Notes: a model not told the origin generated them from the letters alone. A DNA stretch of 64,000 bases from an uncultured Actinomycetota bacterium (GCA_963836215.1 CAWIIU010000005.1:690334-754333), one strand, 5' to 3'. Counted from the stretch's first letter, positions 45,928-55,609 are shown. Numbers and translations are program-made.

Positions 45928-47979
45928 ATGTCTGAACTCAATAGGCGCCGCTTTCTTCAGATCGCAGGCGCCACCGCGGGATATTCCGCGCTGTCGAGCA
46001 GCATCGACCGCGCCGCCGCCATCCCTGCGCGGCGCCGCTCCGGCACCCTCAAGGATGTCGAGCACGTCGTCGTTCTCATGCAGGAGAACCGGTCCTTCGA
46101 CCACTACTTCGGATCGCTGAAGGGAGTTCGCGGGTTCGGCGACCCCCGCCCGGTCACCACGGGCCCGGGGAAGTCGGTGTGGCACCAGTCGGACGGCACC
46201 AAGGACGTGCTGCCCTACCACCCGGACGCCGAAGACCTCGGCATGCAGTTCATCGCCGGCCTGAACCACGACTGGTCCGGTGGCCACAAGGCCTGGAACA
46301 ACGGCAGGTACGACCGGTGGATTCCCGCCAAGTCGGCCGGGGCGATGGCGTATCTGACCCGCCAGGACATTCCGTTCCACTACGCGCTCGCCGACCGGTT
46401 CACGGTGTGCGACGCCTATCACTGCTCGTTCATCGGCGCCACCGACCCCAACCGCTACTACATGTGGTCGGGTCACACGGGCAACGACGGCAAGGGCGGC
46501 GGACCCGTCCTCGGCAACGAGGAGCGCGGCTACGACTGGACGACCTACCCCGAGCGCCTGGAGCAGGCCGGCGTCTCCTGGAAGATCTACCAGGACGTCG
46601 GCGACGGGCTGGACGCGGCCGGTTCCTGGGGCTGGATCGAGGACGCCTACCGCGGCAACTACGGCGACAACTCCCTGCTGTACTTCAACCGGTACCGCAA
46701 CGCCCGGCCCGGCGACCCGCTGTACGACAAGGCCCGCACCGGTACGGACGTCAAGCACGGCGGCGGCTACTTCGACGTTCTCAAGGCCGACGTGAAGGCC
46801 GGGAAGCTGCCGCAGATCTCCTGGATCGCCGCACCCGAGGCGTTCAGCGAGCACCCCAACTGGCCCGCGAACTACGGCGCCTGGTACATCGCACAGGTGC
46901 TGGACGCCCTCACCTCCGACCCCGAGGTGTGGAGCAGGACCGCGCTGTTCATCACCTACGACGAGAACGACGGGTACTTCGACCATGTCCCGCCGCCCTA
47001 TCCGCCGGCATCGGCGGCGCAGGGCCTGTCGACCGTGGACACGGCGCTGGACAGCTTCGCCGGCAACGCCGGCTACGCCGCCGGGCCGTACGGCCTCGGC
47101 CAGCGGGTTCCCATGCTCGTCGTCTCCCCGTGGAGCACCGGCGGTTACGTCTGCTCCGAGACTTTCGACCACACCTCGATCGTGCGCTTCATGGAGGCTC
47201 GGTTCGGTGTCGCGGAGCCGAACATCTCGCCCTGGCGGCGGGCGATCTGCGGCGACCTGACCTCGGCGTTCGACTTCTCCCTGCCCGACACCCGGCCCGT
47301 GGGCCTGCCGGACACCGACGCCTACGAGCCGCCGGACAACCAACGGCACCCGGACTACGTACCGAAGCCTCCGGCCAATCCCGTCCTGCCGAAGCAGGAG
47401 AAGGGCAGCAGGCCCGCGCGGCCGCTGCGGTACGCACCCCTGGTGGACGGTGCGGTGACTCCGGCGACCGGACGCGTCGCGCTCACCTTCAGCGGCGGTG
47501 CGCAGGCCGGTGCCTTCTTCCTGGTGGCGGCTGCCGACCGGACGGACGGACCGTGGACGTACACCACGGCGGCCGGACAGAAGATCTCCGACACCTGGAA
47601 CACCGCGTACTCCAAGGGCGCCTACGACCTCACCGTGTACGGCCCGAACGGCTTCGTCCGTACGCTCAAGGGGTCCGGCTCGGTTGCGGGCCCCGAGGTG
47701 ACGGCACGTCATGTCGCCGGCGGTGTCGAGCTGACCATGACGAACGCGGGCAGCTCCGACCGCCGGCTGACGGTCATCGACGCGTACGGCGGCCGGCGGC
47801 AGACGTTCACCGTGCGGCCGGGCGGGCGTGTGGTGCACACCGTGGACGTGCGGGCCGGCAAGCGCTGGTACGACATCACCGTGGTGTCCGACAAGGACGG
47901 CGGCTTCCTGCGGCGCTTCGCGGGGCATGTCGAGAACGGCCGTCCCGGCGTCAGCGACCCGGCGATCATCACGGTCTGA
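45928..47979 (+). CDS. Tat-secreted phosphocholine-specific (non-haemolytic type) phospholipase C
   Basis: NRRRFLQ Tat motif; VLMQENRSFDHYFG, TDPNRYY, FSEHP, YDENDGYFDHV, GQRVP, FDHTS; DUF756-like C-terminal domains. Confidence 0.95.
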   Translation: MSELNRRRFLQIAGATAGYSALSSSIDRAAAIPARRRSGTLKDVEHVVVLMQENRSFDHYFGSLKGVRGFGDPRPVTTGPGKSVWHQSDGTKDVLPYHPDAEDLGMQFIAGLNHDWSGGHKAWNNGRYDRWIPAKSAGAMAYLTRQDIPFHYALADRFTVCDAYHCSFIGATDPNRYYMWSGHTGNDGKGGGPVLGNEERGYDWTTYPERLEQAGVSWKIYQDVGDGLDAAGSWGWIEDAYRGNYGDNSLLYFNRYRNARPGDPLYDKARTGTDVKHGGGYFDVLKADVKAGKLPQISWIAAPEAFSEHPNWPANYGAWYIAQVLDALTSDPEVWSRTALFITYDENDGYFDHVPPPYPPASAAQGLSTVDTALDSFAGNAGYAAGPYGLGQRVPMLVVSPWSTGGYVCSETFDHTSIVRFMEARFGVAEPNISPWRRAICGDLTSAFDFSLPDTRPVGLPDTDAYEPPDNQRHPDYVPKPPANPVLPKQEKGSRPARPLRYAPLVDGAVTPATGRVALTFSGGAQAGAFFLVAAADRTDGPWTYTTAAGQKISDTWNTAYSKGAYDLTVYGPNGFVRTLKGSGSVAGPEVTARHVAGGVELTMTNAGSSDRRLTVIDAYGGRRQTFTVRPGGRVVHTVDVRAGKRWYDITVVSDKDGGFLRRFAGHVENGRPGVSDPAIITV

Positions 47980-47993
47980 CCGTTCGCAGGGTG

Positions 47994-48025
47994 GGGGCCG
48001 TACCGCCGATCCGGTGGGCGGCCCC
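47994..48025 (+). terminator. Hairpin after the phospholipase C gene
   Basis: GGGGCCG...CGGCCCC outer stem with an inner ACCG/CGGT stem. Confidence 0.5.
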
Positions 48026-48152
48026 TCCACGTGGCGGGGGGACGCGTACGCGTGGCGGGCGAACCTTTGGCGTGCCGACACCCGTTTGCCCTGCCTTCAT
48101 GCTTTCTTCGGTTGATCGGTCGATATCCGGCCGGATGTCGGAGGAGTCATTC

Positions 48153-49454
48153 ATGCGAGGTATCGCTGTCACGGCTGTTCTCGTCACCGCGCTGGCGTCG
48201 GGCGGTTCACTCCTGGCGACCGGGCAGGCGGTCGAAAGCCCGGGTGACCAGGGCACCAATCTGCTGGTGGTGGGGCTCGACCGTCGCACCGGGATGTCGG
48301 CCGCGGACCGCAAGCGTCTGCATGTCGGCGGCAAGGAGTGCAACTGCACGGACGTGATGATGATCGTGCACCTCGCCGAGGACGGCCGGCGGGCCAGCAT
48401 CGTCTCGGTCCCCCGTGACTCGTACGTGGAGTTCGCCGACCATGACCATCCCCGGCACTCGGGGAAGATCAACGCCGCGTTTCAGCACGGCGGGGGCGAT
48501 CTGGCCGTACGGACCGTGGAGAAAGCGACCGGTCTGCGCATCGACCACTATCTGGAGACCGACTTCACCGGATTCGCCGACACCGTCGACCGGCTGGGCG
48601 GGGCCACGGTGTGCACGGCCAAGCCACTGGAGGATCTCGGCTCCGGACTGAAGCTGGCCAAGGGAACCCACGATGTGAACGGCAGCAAGGCCCTGCGCTA
48701 TGTCCGGGCCCGCCATCTCTCCCCTCCGGGCGATCTGGGCCGGGTGCGCCGCCAGCAGCGCCTGCTGATCGAGATGGTGTCCCGGCTTCGCGGCGAGGGA
48801 GCGTTCAGCAACCCGGCCTCCGCGGTGCACACGGCACTCGAGCTGACCAAGTCCGTACGCACCGACGCACACACCGGTCTCGCCGACCTGATGCATCTCG
48901 GGCTGGAGCTCGGGCGGCTGACGTCGCAGCAGACGGAGTTCGCGACCGTGCCCATCGCGGAGTTCGACCACCGCGTACCGCAGTGGGGCTCCACGCTCCT
49001 GTGGGACCCGGCACGCTCCGCCGCCCTGTGGAAGGCCCTGCGCGAGGACCGGCCGATCGTCGGCGACTCCGAGATCCGGCCGAGCCTGGACACCCCGGTG
49101 GAGATGGCGCCCGACACCATCCAAGTCCGCGTCGACGACCCGGCCGTGGCCGCGGCCCTGAAGGCGAACGGTTACGCGGTCGACCCTTCCCCGGCGTCGT
49201 CCCCGCACCCGGCCGGCCCGACGGTCATCACCTACGACCCGGTGTGGGAACGCTACGCACCCTCGCTCGCGGCAGCGATGCCCGGCGCCCGGCTGCGCGC
49301 CGTCCCGGGGCACGGCAGCGTCTTCGACGTACGCGTCGGGACCCGGGCGGCCGAGGTCGTCAGGGTCGTCCACGACCGCAGCAGTGTGGAAGGCGCGCCG
49401 GCTCACGGTGACGAGCTCCGGTGCCCGGGAGCGGCAGCGAAGCAGGTCGGCTGA
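48153..49454 (+). CDS. LCP (LytR-CpsA-Psr) family protein with a LytR_C-like tail
   Basis: NLLVVGLD, TDVMMIVH, SVPRDSYV, KINAAF, ALRYVRAR, GRVRRQQ; GGAGGAG RBS. The ORF-track start at 46179 is spurious. Confidence 0.92.
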   Translation: MRGIAVTAVLVTALASGGSLLATGQAVESPGDQGTNLLVVGLDRRTGMSAADRKRLHVGGKECNCTDVMMIVHLAEDGRRASIVSVPRDSYVEFADHDHPRHSGKINAAFQHGGGDLAVRTVEKATGLRIDHYLETDFTGFADTVDRLGGATVCTAKPLEDLGSGLKLAKGTHDVNGSKALRYVRARHLSPPGDLGRVRRQQRLLIEMVSRLRGEGAFSNPASAVHTALELTKSVRTDAHTGLADLMHLGLELGRLTSQQTEFATVPIAEFDHRVPQWGSTLLWDPARSAALWKALREDRPIVGDSEIRPSLDTPVEMAPDTIQVRVDDPAVAAALKANGYAVDPSPASSPHPAGPTVITYDPVWERYAPSLAAAMPGARLRAVPGHGSVFDVRVGTRAAEVVRVVHDRSSVEGAPAHGDELRCPGAAAKQVG

Positions 49455-49463
49455 GCGCGGCTC

Positions 49464-50765
49464 TCAGCCCTGCCCGGCGACCGGCACGCTCAGCGGCGCC
49501 CGGAACGACAGCAGCCCGAGCATCGGCGGGTCTCCCCCGTCCCGCAGCCGGACACCCGGCAGGGTGCGGGCAGCGATACGCAGGGCCACGGCCGCTTCGG
49601 TACGGGCCAGCTCGGCACCGGGGCAGCGATGGCGCCCGATACCGAAGGAGAGATGGCGGCGGGTGTTCGACCGCACCGGACACAGCTGCTCCGGGTCGGC
49701 GAAGACGTCCGGGTCCGATCCGGTTCCCATCAGCATCAGCAGCAGGTGCGCCCCGGCCGGGACGCGTACGCCGGACAGTTCCGTCTCCCGCACACTCACC
49801 CGGCGCCAGGTGGTGACCGGCGGCTCCCGGCGCAGGATCTCCTCCACCCGGGCCTCGGCGTAGCCGTCCTCGTCGGCCGCCCGCTCCCAGGCCTCCGGGT
49901 CGGCCGCGGTGGTGCGCAGCACGGTGGAGATCAGCTGGCCGGTCGTCGACTGCCCGGCGATCAGGACGAAGAAGCACGCCGCCACAGCGGTCGGCACATC
50001 GAGGGGTTCGCCGTCCGGCAGCCGGTGCTCGCGCAGCGCGCCGATCAGGCCGCCGTCCGGTCCGCCCGCGGATACCTGTGCGGTCAGCCAGCGGTGGAAC
50101 TCGCCCACCAGGCCGGCGAGGACGACCTGGCGTTCGGGGCCGGGTCGCCCGTAGAAGAGTTCCAGCGATGCCTCGCTCCAGCCGATCAGGGTCTCGGCGG
50201 GCACGCCCTCGACGCCGAGCATGCCCATCAGCACCCGGCAGGGCAGCAGGCGTGCGTAACGTGCCGCCAGGTCGTAGGCGGCACCGGTGGCGAGCACCTC
50301 CCGGGCGTCCGCCAGCAGCTCGTGCGCGGTCTTCTCGATCAGCGGGACGGCGCTGTTCACCCGGCGGCGGTCGAAGAAGGTGGTGGCCAGCCGGCGCAGG
50401 CCGGTGTGCGAGGGCCCGCCGTTGTTGGCGAGGGCGGGCGGCAGGCTGAATCCGGCCCGGGCGAGCGCGCGGAGAGCGGGCACGGGCAGCCGGGTGACCG
50501 CGTGCTGGGCGTTGTCCGGGAGAAACGCCCCCGGGTCGAGGAGAACCTGACGTACGTCGTCGTAGCGGCTGACCAGCCACAGGCCCGTGGCTTCGTCGTG
50601 GTGCACGGGTGCAGAGCGCCGCAGCGCCGCGAGGGCCGGGTAGGGGTCGGCGGTGAACTCCGTGCCGAAGAGGTCCAGGGAGTCGAGTGTCCGCTCGTCC
50701 CCGACATGCGCCGCCGTGCCTGCCACTGCTGAGTCCTCCCCCACGCGGCGCACTCGGCCGCTCAC
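49464..50765 (-). CDS. Cytochrome P450
   Basis: FTADPYP, AGQSTT (I-helix), EEILR (ExxR), HLSFGIGRHRCPG (heme Cys); start uncertain. Confidence 0.93.
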   Translation of the reverse strand: MSGRVRRVGEDSAVAGTAAHVGDERTLDSLDLFGTEFTADPYPALAALRRSAPVHHDEATGLWLVSRYDDVRQVLLDPGAFLPDNAQHAVTRLPVPALRALARAGFSLPPALANNGGPSHTGLRRLATTFFDRRRVNSAVPLIEKTAHELLADAREVLATGAAYDLAARYARLLPCRVLMGMLGVEGVPAETLIGWSEASLELFYGRPGPERQVVLAGLVGEFHRWLTAQVSAGGPDGGLIGALREHRLPDGEPLDVPTAVAACFFVLIAGQSTTGQLISTVLRTTAADPEAWERAADEDGYAEARVEEILRREPPVTTWRRVSVRETELSGVRVPAGAHLLLMLMGTGSDPDVFADPEQLCPVRSNTRRHLSFGIGRHRCPGAELARTEAAVALRIAARTLPGVRLRDGGDPPMLGLLSFRAPLSVPVAGQG

Positions 50766-50829
50766 CGATCCGGAGCAGCTTCACTATGCACGGCGTCGGA
50801 CCGCACCGTGCGACCGCCCCCGACCGGTC

Positions 50830-51573
50830 TCAGGAACCGGCATCGCTCGGCGTGCCCCGCAGGACGCCGATCTTGTCGATGCGGTGCTCGGGGTTGCCCC
50901 GGTCGTCGCGCCAGAAGTTCCCGGCGGCATCGTCCTCGGGCGTCGCGCAGGTGGAGATCGTGATCATCGCCTGCGTCGGCTTCTTGCCGGGCTGTCCGGG
51001 AACGGCGGCGCGTTGGTCGGCGAGCGAGCGCTCCGAGCGGAAGGACGTCTGCCGCGTGTCGGTGATCTCGTAGGTGTAGACCTGGCCGCCGGCCTTGACG
51101 ACGACCGTGTCGCCGTTCTGCAGGGACGGAAGATCGCGCAGGGGGCCGCCGGCCGACAGCCGGTGGGCCGTGACCAGGTAGTTCCCGATCTCGCCGGGGC
51201 CCACACCGCCGTGCTCGCCGTAGGGGCTGGCGCCGAGGCCGCGGTTCTGGATCCGGGTGCCCGGCCAGTCGTCGGTGGTGCCTTCGTACGGCTCGACCTT
51301 CAGATCCTCGAGGCCGATCTCCGGGATGGACAGCAGGGCCGTCTCGGTCCGGGGGTCGGGCTTGGAGGGTGTCGGCTCCGGGGACGGGGCGGCGGGCTCG
51401 TTCACCGGCACCTTGGGCGCCTGCGGGGCACTGGCTGCCCCCGCGGCCCGTGCGGTGCTGCTCGCGGGCTTGAGGGTGTCGGATGCGCCCGTGTCCGCTT
51501 CTGCCGAGCAGCCTGCGAGGACAGCGACGAGCGCACCGGCGAGCGCGGCGGGGACGGCGCGGGATATGGCCAT
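50830..51573 (-). CDS. Sortase (class E-like) with a lipoprotein signal peptide
   Basis: LAGC lipobox; PGEIGNYLVTAHR (His), ISTC (Cys), HRIDKIGVL (Arg). Confidence 0.85.
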   Translation of the reverse strand: MAISRAVPAALAGALVAVLAGCSAEADTGASDTLKPASSTARAAGAASAPQAPKVPVNEPAAPSPEPTPSKPDPRTETALLSIPEIGLEDLKVEPYEGTTDDWPGTRIQNRGLGASPYGEHGGVGPGEIGNYLVTAHRLSAGGPLRDLPSLQNGDTVVVKAGGQVYTYEITDTRQTSFRSERSLADQRAAVPGQPGKKPTQAMITISTCATPEDDAAGNFWRDDRGNPEHRIDKIGVLRGTPSDAGS

Positions 51574-51801
51574 GGGGAGTCCGGATGTTCCGGTAGACGT
51601 CGGCCGGCACGAAGCGGCCACTTTGACTCGAAAACGACGGCGGCCGGTCAGATGTTCCCCGGGCGCATCTTTCCCGCACCGCCGGCACCCGTGCGAGCGG
51701 GCTCGGCGACTCCCGCTTCCGCGTCGTCCTTGACGCGGCGGCCCGAGGGTGCTGGCGTTTCTGTGCAGAGCCCCAGCCGCCCGTGTCACCAGGAGGAACC
51801 C

Positions 51802-52794
51802 ATGAGGATGCTCATCAATGTCCCGGAGACCGTCGTCGCCGACGCCCTCCGCGGGATGGCGGCCGCGCACCCCGGGCTGAACGTGGACGTGGAGAACCGG
51901 GTGATCGTACGGCGGGACGCGCCGGTGGCCGGGAAGGTCGCGCTGATCTCCGGCGGCGGGTCCGGGCACGAGCCGCTGCACGGCGGTTTCGTCGGCCCCG
52001 GGATGCTGTCGGCGGCCTGTCCCGGCGAGGTCTTCACCAGCCCGGTGCCCGATCAGATGGCACGGGCCGCCGCGGCCGTGGACAGCGGCGAGGGTGTGCT
52101 GTTCATCGTCAAGAACTACACCGGGGACGTCCTCAACTTCGACATGGCCGCCGAGCTCGCCGAGGACGAGGGCGTCCGGGTGGCCAAGGTCCTCGTCAAC
52201 GACGACGTGGCGGTCGTCGACAGTCTCTACACCGCCGGCCGGCGCGGCACCGGGGCGACCCTGTTCGTCGAGAAGATCGCCGGTGCGGCCGCCGAGGAGG
52301 GCATGCCGCTGGAGCGGGTCGAGTCGATCGCGCACCAGGTGAACGAGAGCTCCCGCAGCTTCGGAGTCGCACTGAGCGCCGTCACCACCCCCGCCAAGGG
52401 CAGCCCGACGTTCGACCTGCCCACCGGTGAGCTGGAGCTGGGCATCGGCATCCACGGCGAACCGGGACGCGAGCGGCGGTCGATGATGACCTCGCGCGAG
52501 ATCGCGGACTTCTCCGTCCACGCCCTGCTGGAGGACCGGCCCCCGACGGGCCCGGTGCTGGTGCTCGTCAACGGCATGGGCGCCACCCCGCTGCTGGAGC
52601 TGTACGGCTTCAATGCCGAGGTCCAGCGCGTACTGGCCGAGCGGGGCGTGGCCGTCGCCCGTACCCTCGTCGGGAACTACGTGACCTCGCTCGACATGGC
52701 GGGCTGCTCGGTGACGCTGTGCCAGGTCGACGAGGAGCTGCTGCGGCTGTGGGACGCGCCGGTGGAGACCCCCGGGCTCCGCTGGGGCCGCTGA
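51802..52794 (+). CDS. dhaK: Dihydroxyacetone kinase subunit K
   Basis: SGGGSGHEP, GEVFTSP, KNYTGD, GRRG, GIGIHGEPG, TSLDM. Confidence 0.96.
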   Translation: MRMLINVPETVVADALRGMAAAHPGLNVDVENRVIVRRDAPVAGKVALISGGGSGHEPLHGGFVGPGMLSAACPGEVFTSPVPDQMARAAAAVDSGEGVLFIVKNYTGDVLNFDMAAELAEDEGVRVAKVLVNDDVAVVDSLYTAGRRGTGATLFVEKIAGAAAEEGMPLERVESIAHQVNESSRSFGVALSAVTTPAKGSPTFDLPTGELELGIGIHGEPGRERRSMMTSREIADFSVHALLEDRPPTGPVLVLVNGMGATPLLELYGFNAEVQRVLAERGVAVARTLVGNYVTSLDMAGCSVTLCQVDEELLRLWDAPVETPGLRWGR

Positions 52795-52827
52795 ACCGAC
52801 CGGACCGACTCACCTCAGGGAGTTCAT

Positions 52828-53433
52828 GTGCTCGACGCCGACTTCTTCCACCGCTGGCTCACGGCCGCAGCGGCCCTGGTCGACCGCGAGGCGGCGCATC
52901 TGACGGAGCTCGACTCGGCGATCGGCGACGCCGACCACGGCAGCAACCTCCAGCGCGGCTTCGCGGCGGTGACGGCCACGCTGGACAAGGAGTCCCCGCA
53001 GACACCCGGGGCCGTACTGACCCTGGCGGGGCGACAGTTGATCTCCACGGTGGGCGGTGCGTCCGGCCCGCTGTACGGCACGCTGCTCCGGCGTATGGGC
53101 AAGGCTCTCGGCGACGACGCCGAGGTAACGCCCGGACAGTTCGCCGAGGCACTGCGCGCCGGTGTGGCCGCGGTGGCGCAGCTGGGCGGCGCCAAGGCCG
53201 GGGACAAGACCATGCTCGACGCGCTCGAACCGGCGGTCGCGGCCCTCGGCGACAGCGAGGAGTCCTTCGCCGCCGCGCGGGACGCCGCCGAGCAGGGCGC
53301 AGAGGCGACGGTGCCCCTGCAGGCCCGCAAGGGCAGGGCCAGCTACCTGGGCGAGCGCAGCATCGGGCACAAGGATCCCGGTGCGGCCTCGTCCGCACTG
53401 CTCCTCGCCGCGCTGGCCGAGGTGGCGGCATGA
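52828..53433 (+). CDS. dhaL: Dihydroxyacetone kinase ADP-binding subunit L
   Basis: LDSAIGDADHG, GGASGPLYG, GDKTMLD, ARKGRASYLGERS, DPGA. Confidence 0.96.
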   Translation: MLDADFFHRWLTAAAALVDREAAHLTELDSAIGDADHGSNLQRGFAAVTATLDKESPQTPGAVLTLAGRQLISTVGGASGPLYGTLLRRMGKALGDDAEVTPGQFAEALRAGVAAVAQLGGAKAGDKTMLDALEPAVAALGDSEESFAAARDAAEQGAEATVPLQARKGRASYLGERSIGHKDPGAASSALLLAALAEVAA

Positions 53434-53840
53434 GCGAGGGCGCGCAGGTCGGGATCGTCCTCGTCTCGCACAGCAAGGAGGTCGCCGAGGCCGTCGCCGA
53501 GCTGGCCCGGGGCCTCGCGGGCGGTGGGACGACCGCGCGCGTCGCTCCGGCCGGCGGTACGCCGGACGGGGGACTCGGCACCAGCTCCGAACTCGTCGCC
53601 CAGGCGGCCGCATCCGTCGACGCGGGCGCCGGTGTGGCCGTCCTGGTCGATCTGGGCAGCGCCGTCCTGACGGTGAAGGCACTGCTCGCCGAGGGCGACG
53701 AACTCCCGGACGGGACACGGCTGGTGGACGCGCCGTTCGTGGAGGGCGCGGTGGCCGCCGTGGTCACCGCGTCGGCGGGCGGCGACCTCGATGCCGTGGA
53801 GGCGGCGGCAGCGGAGGCGTACGACTACCGAAAGGCTTGA
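53430..53840 (+). CDS. dhaM: PTS-dependent DHA kinase phosphotransferase subunit (EIIA-man-like domain only)
   Basis: GIVLVSHS, DLGSAVL, DAPFVEGA; ATGA overlap with dhaL. Confidence 0.92.
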   Translation: MSEGAQVGIVLVSHSKEVAEAVAELARGLAGGGTTARVAPAGGTPDGGLGTSSELVAQAAASVDAGAGVAVLVDLGSAVLTVKALLAEGDELPDGTRLVDAPFVEGAVAAVVTASAGGDLDAVEAAAAEAYDYRKA

Positions 53841-53967
53841 GGAGACAACCGCCCGACAGCGCCCGGAAGCACGGCTGCCGTTCGGCCCCCCATGAGTGGC
53901 AGGGGCCGGACGGCACTCCTAGCGTCGGTCTCATTGTGGTGCAATTCCTACCCGTGGAGATCTGACC

Positions 53968-54522
53968 ATGCGTGCCCTACGCGTCGCGTCCCTCGCCGCC
54001 ATCGGCTCAGCCGCCGCGCTGGCCCTCGGCGCACCCGCCGCCCTCGCCGACGAAGAGGGCGACATCACTCCGTTCGGCTTCACCGTCACTCCCGAGGAGG
54101 TCGCTCCCGGCGAGACGGTGACGCTCAACGCCACCGAATGCGATTCCCCGACCATGACCGCCTCGTCCGGTGTCTTCGAGACCGTGACGCTCCAGGAGGG
54201 GCTGCCCGCCACGGCGACCGTCTTCGAGGACGCCAAGCCCGGCGCCGACTACGACATCACCTTCGACTGCAAGGGCGAGAAGGCCACCACCACCCTCACG
54301 GTCAGCGCGACCGCCACTGCGTCCCTCACCCAGACCGTTCCCGGCACCGCCACGCACACCCCGAGCCCTCTGACCAAGCCCGACGGCGGCGTGAAGGCCG
54401 GATCCGGCGGCAGTCTTCCCGGGCTGAGCCCGACGCAGACCGTCCTGGGTTCCGTGCTGGTCGCGGGCGCGCTCGGCGGCGGTGTCGTACTGCTGCGCCG
54501 CCGTGCCGGGGCCGGCGGCTGA
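53968..54522 (+). CDS. Secreted/surface protein with a C-terminal GGVKAG motif, TM helix and basic tail (candidate class F sortase substrate)
   Basis: Signal peptide ending ALA; Thr-rich linker; PDGGVKAGSGG...hydrophobic...LLRRR. Confidence 0.8.
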   Translation: MRALRVASLAAIGSAAALALGAPAALADEEGDITPFGFTVTPEEVAPGETVTLNATECDSPTMTASSGVFETVTLQEGLPATATVFEDAKPGADYDITFDCKGEKATTTLTVSATATASLTQTVPGTATHTPSPLTKPDGGVKAGSGGSLPGLSPTQTVLGSVLVAGALGGGVVLLRRRAGAGG

Positions 54523-54538
54523 GAAGTCCGGCGCCTCG

Positions 54539-55171
54539 ATGCACACCACAGCCCGGCGTGGCTCCTGGTTCACGCTCCTGTGCGTTCTGCTGCTCGGCGT
54601 GTTCTTTCTGCGCAACGGGACCACCGACGCGGCGGAGGGGCCGCCCCGGCCGGCGAGCGCCGTCGCGGCGCAGCACCGGGCTGCCGTTCCCTTGGCGCCC
54701 GCTCCCGGCCCGCTCCCCCACTCCGCGCCACGGCGGATCACGGTCCCGTCCCTGCGGCTGGACGCCCCGGTCACCAGGGTCGGCCTCGACGGAGACGGCT
54801 GGGTGGAGCCGCCACCGCTCACCGACAGCAACCTGGCCGGCTGGTACGTGGGCGCGGCGGCTCCGGGCGGGCGCGGCACGTCGGTGATCGTCGGTCATGT
54901 CGACAACGCGGCCGGCCCCGCGGTCTTCTATCTGCTGGGCTCGCTGAAGCCGGGCAGCCGGATCGAGATTCTCCGCGGGGACGGGGCCACGGCCGTCTTC
55001 ACCGTCTACGGCGTGGAGATGTACGGCAAGAAGGACTTCCCCGCCGACCGCGTCTACCGGGACGGGCCGGACCCCGAGCTGCGCCTGATCACATGCGGCG
55101 GCGGCTACACGAAGAAGACCGGCTACGACGGCAATGTGGTGGCTTTCGCGCGGCTGACCGAGGTGCGCTGA
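54539..55171 (+). CDS. Class F sortase
   Basis: AGWY, PGGRGTSVIVGHVD, VFYLL, LRLITCGG, YDGNVV. Confidence 0.92.
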   Translation: MHTTARRGSWFTLLCVLLLGVFFLRNGTTDAAEGPPRPASAVAAQHRAAVPLAPAPGPLPHSAPRRITVPSLRLDAPVTRVGLDGDGWVEPPPLTDSNLAGWYVGAAAPGGRGTSVIVGHVDNAAGPAVFYLLGSLKPGSRIEILRGDGATAVFTVYGVEMYGKKDFPADRVYRDGPDPELRLITCGGGYTKKTGYDGNVVAFARLTEVR

Positions 55172-55273
55172 GGGCTTCACACCCTGCGGCGCAGGTCGTG
55201 CGCAGACCCGTACTCCGGGGCGCGCACCCGCCGAGGCCGCCTCGGAGCCGGCCGGGCAGGGCAGACTGGGGGC

Positions 55274-55489
55274 ATGTCCGCACCCCGCCGTCTGTGCCAG
55301 GTCTGCCGACGTGAGATCGCCGTCGTCGCGGGCCGGTTCGCCCGCCATGACCCGCCCGCCTCACGCACCGCCACCGATCTGGTCTCCTGCCCCGGATCGC
55401 TGCGCCATGCGCCGTACGATCCGGCGGTCCAGCCGTCGCTCGACGGGGCCGTCGTGCCCGCCTTCCCGGGCCAGCTGCCGCTGTTCTGA
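55274..55489 (+). CDS. Small hypothetical protein (71 aa) with CxxC...H...C and C-terminal QLPLF
   Basis: CQVC, ARHD, SCPGS; ends CAG CTG CCG CTG TTC TGA; fills the gap between sortase F and nagB. Confidence 0.7.
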   Translation: MSAPRRLCQVCRREIAVVAGRFARHDPPASRTATDLVSCPGSLRHAPYDPAVQPSLDGAVVPAFPGQLPLF

Positions 55490-55569
55490 GCGGCGGCCCG
55501 CTTCGTTCGCCTCACGTTCCCCGGGATGCCACAGGCCACCGCGCGACAAGACCCCCACCCACCGGGTAG

Positions 55570-55585
55570 ATTGGTCTACACCAGT
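55570..55585. promoter_or_regulatory. DasR-responsive element (dre)
   Basis: ATTGGTCTACACCAGT, two mismatches to ACTGGTCTAGACCAGT, 24 nt before nagB. Confidence 0.85.
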
Positions 55586-55609
55586 GGCTCTTCAGAGACA
55601 GGGATCTTC

